Source of the DNA: an uncultured cyanobacterium
GTDB taxonomy: Bacteria > Cyanobacteriota > Cyanobacteriia > Cyanobacteriales > CAWUOF01
Length of the DNA stretch: 64,000 nt
Direction of reading: 5' to 3'
NCBI GenBank assembly: GCA_963744145.1
Contig: CAVUSO010000001.1
Span: forward strand, 1,600,001-1,664,000
The position numbers were made by a program, and so were the translations under genes. Below the pieces are notes generated by a model. That model was not told the DNA's origin and made no database searches. It saw nothing but the letters and a program-made list of their open reading frames with translations. Every line of letters begins with the position of its first letter. The first letter of the stretch is position 1. Positions 58,937-64,000 of this stretch are shown here, in pieces.

Positions 58937-61271
58937 GGTTTATCTCCTCCTGGTTTTTCGTTGAAAATCCCGATCGCTCATCATAATTACCTTCCCACTG
59001 AGCAACACCTAAATATTTTGGCAACCAACTTGGTTTTTCATCGGATGGGTTTACTGCTTGACGTGGAACGCTTATAATAAATCCGTCATAAGTTTGTTTC
59101 TTAGGCTTAGATTCAATACATTTCTTGACCTCATCAAGATCGCGATCTAAAATGCAAGGAAGAGCATACTCATCGGGATCACGGAAATTACCCATTGTGG
59201 CAAAATAACCACTTGTAAAGAATGATGGTAATCCATCGGCTGTTCTCTCTTCGTTGGCAAATTTCTCTAAAGCCTCAGCTAACTGCTTTTGACTGATATC
59301 ACCACTACCTAATTTATCAATAAAGGTTTTTGCAGTACCTAACTCTTTAGCCTCGTATGGCAAATCCTTTGGTGGTTTGTAAATATGTAGCATAGCCCGA
59401 AAATTATCACCTCTAGCCAAGTGACGATTAGCTCGTCCAAAACGTTGAACCAATGAGGATATTGGTGCAAGTTCAGTAATCAAAACATCAGCATCTAAAT
59501 CGAGGGACATTTCACAAACTTGTGTAGTTACAGCGATCGCCGACCGGCGATCGCCATCTTTTTGAAAAGCAAACGCTTTTACAGTATCCGCATGAACTTT
59601 TTGGCGATCCATCAATCGGAAGCGACTATGATAGGTCAAAACTTCCACATTCAATTCATCAGCCAACTTCTTGGAAATTGCCAAACAACGATCAACTGTA
59701 TTCACAACCCATAAAACTCTTTCACCTTGTCTATATGCCTGAATTGCCTTTGTAAAAGCATTCCTAAAACATTCTACAGGTTGAAGTCGATAGCGGGGGT
59801 GATTTTCTTTCTTTTCAAGGTCTTGCAGACTCTGGCGATCGCTTTCTGTTGGATAAACCTCTAACCCCAAATTCACAAGTTGTTTACGACGAGATGGGGG
59901 TAAAGTCGCAGTCATACATAAAACAGGGATATCGAAATGCTTGAGAAAAGCTATCAAACTATCAAACATCTTCAAATCGAAGCTATGGATCTCGTCAATA
60001 ATCAGAACGCTATCCGCTAAAGCAGGTAATAAACAGATACCACCATAATTATGTTCCATAAAGCCCAAAAATTGATCAACTGTTGCGCTAAAATACCGCC
60101 GCGACCAGAAACCTAAAGAAAACAAACGGTGATCACTTGTAAAGTCTTTTTCTTTCATTGATTCGGGTGGGTTAGAAGCGATTGCTTCCAGTTCATAACG
60201 GGCTGTACCCGTCACTAATGCTGCATCAGTTTCAGGTGCCCAACTCACATAATCTTTAAAACCCTCTGTAGCAGTACCGCGTGTGGGATAGAGAAAAATC
60301 ACTTTCCCAACTTTATAATGCTTAACCTGTTCCTCAGCCCATTTCCAAGCTGCAAGGGTTTTACCTGCACCGCAAGCTGCCAAAAGTAAAACTCGCGATC
60401 CTTTTTGCGCTGCTAATCTTTGAAATTCATCCCATTTGAAGCTACCTTTATCTTTGATTATTTTTTCAATACGAGGATTAATAATCTTTGTAGTGATATC
60501 TGCACTAGAAATATTATCACTATGGACAACATCTTCAATCCAATCATAAATATTTTTATTCTCTCTAACTAATCCAGAAGCAACCGCATCAGAGACAATC
60601 AGTCCTGCTTTTACCCCTAAAAGTAATCTTCTTCTTTCTTCGGTTATTTGACGCATTAGCTTCTTGGCTGTATCCATCCCTTCTGTCCGTGCTTTAGACC
60701 ATATAGGGTCATTTTGAGAGAAAGTAGAAAATGAAAGTTCAGGTGGTTTGTCAAGAGCCGCAATATTAGCAATTTCTTCCAAAATGCTTTTAACTTCATC
60801 ATGTAGCAAATAAAGCCGAACAGATCCACGAAGTTTATTTGGTTTTGCCCATTCGCGATCACCTTTGCTAGAAGCTTTTAAATGATGGGACAATACCGCT
60901 GCTGTTATAATTTCAACATCTAAAGGTGTTCGATTTAACCAAGAGCGTATTTGAGGTAAGTGTAGTATCAAAGCACTGATATGTTCGTGTCTGAAAGTCT
61001 GAGTGGAACCTTTTAATACAGCGTCATAGAATTCTTCATTCGCCTTTCCAACGTCATGAAATAAGGCTGCAATACGCAAATTCAAAAGAAATTTATGTTG
61101 CTCTTTCTCACTTGTTAACTGAAAAAAACGACACCAGTTTTGCCCCCAACGACCATCTAATCGAAATATTTGATGTGCAGATTTCTCTGTATCTAATAAA
61201 TGCTCTTGCAATGTAACAATGCGATCGCCAAGTTTACTTTTTGCTAAGAGTTGTTCTGGTAAGTTTGCCAT
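58929..61271 (-). CDS. cas3: Cas3 HD nuclease-helicase
   Basis: EHL..T, FHDVGK, RHE, SHH; Walker A CGAGKT, DEIH, MTAT, QRFGR.NR. Confidence 0.96.
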   Translation of the reverse strand: MANLPEQLLAKSKLGDRIVTLQEHLLDTEKSAHQIFRLDGRWGQNWCRFFQLTSEKEQHKFLLNLRIAALFHDVGKANEEFYDAVLKGSTQTFRHEHISALILHLPQIRSWLNRTPLDVEIITAAVLSHHLKASSKGDREWAKPNKLRGSVRLYLLHDEVKSILEEIANIAALDKPPELSFSTFSQNDPIWSKARTEGMDTAKKLMRQITEERRRLLLGVKAGLIVSDAVASGLVRENKNIYDWIEDVVHSDNISSADITTKIINPRIEKIIKDKGSFKWDEFQRLAAQKGSRVLLLAACGAGKTLAAWKWAEEQVKHYKVGKVIFLYPTRGTATEGFKDYVSWAPETDAALVTGTARYELEAIASNPPESMKEKDFTSDHRLFSLGFWSRRYFSATVDQFLGFMEHNYGGICLLPALADSVLIIDEIHSFDLKMFDSLIAFLKHFDIPVLCMTATLPPSRRKQLVNLGLEVYPTESDRQSLQDLEKKENHPRYRLQPVECFRNAFTKAIQAYRQGERVLWVVNTVDRCLAISKKLADELNVEVLTYHSRFRLMDRQKVHADTVKAFAFQKDGDRRSAIAVTTQVCEMSLDLDADVLITELAPISSLVQRFGRANRHLARGDNFRAMLHIYKPPKDLPYEAKELGTAKTFIDKLGSGDISQKQLAEALEKFANEERTADGLPSFFTSGYFATMGNFRDPDEYALPCILDRDLDEVKKCIESKPKKQTYDGFIISVPRQAVNPSDEKPSWLPKYLGVAQWEGNYDERSGFSTKNQEEINLG

Positions 61272-61922
61272 TTATTTAACCTCTTTCATTGGCATAAATA
61301 CACCGCAACCCATACGATGCTTACCACCCAATCCAGAAACCTGTAACTTAATCGAGTCTTCCTCACTTAAGCCCGATACTTCCAGCCCAAACCCTACTAC
61401 AGTATAGGTCTTGATTTTGATGGTCTTGCGATCTGCTTTCCCCTCAGTATTCAAAGGCAAAATTACCTCACCCATAACTCCCAAATCCGCTAATTGTAAC
61501 TTTGCCGCTTGCAAAAAACTCTCTGGTTCCTGATAGTTTTTGATAATAACAATCCGAGCGCGTAATCTCTCAGCAGGACGCAACATAAAAATTTGCGGAA
61601 TACCCAATTGAATTGAATGCCCCCCAATAGTTAACCGTTTTCCCGCCAAGTGATAAATCGTAGGCATACACTCATAGGGCAACCGAATGCGTAAATGCGA
61701 TCGCTCGGTCAAAAAAATCTGGCCTTGCTTATCCGGAATTCCAGCAATTGTGAGAATACTCAAACCATCTTGCTGGTGAATTTGGGGAGCTAAATGAGCG
61801 ATCGCGCTATACAACCCATAACCATGATCGGCGGGAAGCGTCTGCCCAACTACTCCAAAACTCAACTCCACACAAGGCAAACTACCTAACTGTGTAACTG
61901 AACCGTATTCATTTGCCAGCAT
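61272..61922 (-). CDS. cas6: Cas6 (Cmx6 type) crRNA-processing endoribonuclease
   Basis: LPADHGYGLYSAI and C-terminal G-loop GLGGKHRMGCGVF. Confidence 0.93.
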   Translation of the reverse strand: MLANEYGSVTQLGSLPCVELSFGVVGQTLPADHGYGLYSAIAHLAPQIHQQDGLSILTIAGIPDKQGQIFLTERSHLRIRLPYECMPTIYHLAGKRLTIGGHSIQLGIPQIFMLRPAERLRARIVIIKNYQEPESFLQAAKLQLADLGVMGEVILPLNTEGKADRKTIKIKTYTVVGFGLEVSGLSEEDSIKLQVSGLGGKHRMGCGVFMPMKEVK

Positions 61923-62904
61923 CCTTGTCTCCTAAAGAGTTTGAATAAATACTGTACATTTGCTTTATTTCTTCCTGAACCATCTGCACCAATTCTGGTG
62001 GAGCCTTTACCACTGCTCCCTTCCCATAGCCCAAAACCCACCGTTTTAGATCATTTATCCCCCGGACTACCATACACAAGGTTAATGACCCATCAGAATG
62101 TTCTTGGATCTTCTGTGTTGAATGCCAGCATCGCTCCCGGATGTACGGAGCTGTTGGTGCATCAAACCAAATAGCAACTGAGTGTTCTATTCCACCCGCT
62201 TCATGCTGGAAAATCATCGCCAGATGATCTTTTGCATTGAATAAAGGGTTTGGCACAAAAGTTGATTCCAATATCTGAAGTTGCTTAATCCGATCAACAC
62301 GAAACCAGCGAATCTCCTGACGGTTATGGCAGTAACCAATCACATAGGGATTAGTGCCACGATAAATATACAAAACATAAGGATCGAGCTTGCGTGTTGA
62401 AACTGTATCCCGACTAGCAGTGTAATAGGTCATCTCAACTGTTTTATGAATCTGACAAGCTTCTTCTAGCTGATGCCATATCTCTGGATTTAGGTCGATC
62501 TGTGCTCCGGCCCGAAACAAAATCCGCTCCTCTGCTAACTCTTGCAGATCAACCCATGTTTCCTCTGGCAGCCGCTCCTTCAACCGTTCAATCGCTGAAC
62601 GCAACTTCTCCGCCCAAACTGAACCAGCATAAGTTTCTAGCATCCGCGCTCCCAAAGTAAGAGCAAACAGTTCTCCTTGGGAGAGAGAAATGCTTGGTAA
62701 GCGCCACTGGGAATTAGTGTAATGAAAACCTTGTTGAGGATTATATGCCAATGGAGCACTGAAGCGATCGCGCAAAAACGCTATATCATTACGAACAGTA
62801 CGCTCACTAACTTCTAAAGTTAAAGCTATTTTGGCTGTTGTCGGTCGTTTTGCAGTCCGCAGCAGCTCATCAAGTTGCAATAATCTTTCTAAGTGACGAG
62901 ACAT
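61909..62904 (-). CDS. HTH-WYL(-WCX) transcriptional regulator heading the cas operon
   Basis: HTH LEVSERTVRNDI, WYL domain (R.LDPY, YVIGYC..R..IRWFRVDRI), WVLGYG...V..P..L; overlaps the cas6 start by 14 bp. Confidence 0.93.
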   Translation of the reverse strand: MSRHLERLLQLDELLRTAKRPTTAKIALTLEVSERTVRNDIAFLRDRFSAPLAYNPQQGFHYTNSQWRLPSISLSQGELFALTLGARMLETYAGSVWAEKLRSAIERLKERLPEETWVDLQELAEERILFRAGAQIDLNPEIWHQLEEACQIHKTVEMTYYTASRDTVSTRKLDPYVLYIYRGTNPYVIGYCHNRQEIRWFRVDRIKQLQILESTFVPNPLFNAKDHLAMIFQHEAGGIEHSVAIWFDAPTAPYIRERCWHSTQKIQEHSDGSLTLCMVVRGINDLKRWVLGYGKGAVVKAPPELVQMVQEEIKQMYSIYSNSLGDKDAGK

Positions 62905-62953
62905 AGACGAAATAAATTTAAGTTAATATAACTAAAACTTTAATGGAGCTACC

Positions 62954-62970
62954 CGGCAAAAACCTTGCCG
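62954..62970. promoter_or_regulatory. Inverted repeat, candidate WYL operator
   Basis: CGGCAA-aaacc-TTGCCG in AT-rich DNA 50-66 bp upstream of the WYL start. Confidence 0.5.
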
Positions 62971-63008
62971 CCTTCAGCAAATTTATAAGATTAATTCTTA
63001 GTAATTGA

Positions 63009-63058
63009 TAAAAAATAAACAGCCCAAAGCCCCTCCATAATAAAATGAAGGGGCTTTG
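63009..63058 (-). terminator. Intrinsic terminator of the rRNA operon
   Basis: Stem caaagcccct (63025-63034) / aggggctttg (63049-63058), followed on the minus strand by GTTTATTTTTT. Confidence 0.75.
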
Positions 63059-63070
63059 AGTGAAATAATA

Positions 63071-63189
63071 ACCTGGCACCGAGCTATTTTCCCAGGCAGC
63101 AACCCGCCAAGTATCTTCGCCGCAGCAGCGTTTCACAACTGAGTTCGGGATGGGGTCAGAGTGGGACCACTGCGCCAACAGCACCAGGA
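63071..63189 (-). rRNA. rrf: 5S rRNA
   Basis: Minus strand TCCTGGTG...CCCATCCCGAACTCAGTTGTGAAACG...GTGCCAGG; ends approximate. Confidence 0.96.
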
Positions 63190-63273
63190 AAGCTGTAGGA
63201 CTCTCAAAAGACAGAGACCTGAAGACTGCATAAAAAACAAGTCAAGAAGCGACATCGAAACCAAAAATTAGAG

Positions 63274-64000
<727 letters not shown>

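Noticed and set aside
42453..62904. CRISPR-associated transposon (type I-B CAST)
   Set aside because: No tnsA/B/C or tniQ; cas3 and the adaptation genes are intact; the two IS elements have their own ends and are independent insertions.

Overview
Cyanobacterial chromosomal window (HIP1 GCGATCGC is frequent; raf1, psbV and furC are present). Positions 1-42.3 kb are mostly core genes: ligA, raf1, purB, def, the rpsL-rpsG-fusA-tuf-rpsJ operon, nifJ-DHODH-like-pfkA, a Ser/Thr-His hybrid kinase pair, a triple-TIR/WD40 protein, furC, der, ecfT and psbV. From 42.4 kb to 63 kb lies a complete type I-B (I-MYXAN, Cmx8/DevR/DevS-type) CRISPR-Cas island on the minus strand, directly downstream of a 23S-5S rRNA operon: WYL regulator, cas6, cas3, cas8 (with a likely internal cas11), cas7, cas5, cas4-cas1, cas2, leader and an array of about 111 repeats of 36 bp. 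The array is split by an IS4-family element inserted inside a repeat and is bordered by a dead IS701. The main unexplained signals are: a solitary degenerate CRISPR repeat with a co-varying hairpin just upstream of the cas4-cas1 ribosome-binding site; a shift to longer spacers among the newest acquisitions; promoter-like spacers; a possible IS-end-derived guide; a structured element upstream of fusA; and three single-base lesions (rpsJ nonsense codon, nifJ and response-regulator A-run indels) that may be assembly errors. All counts were made by eye.
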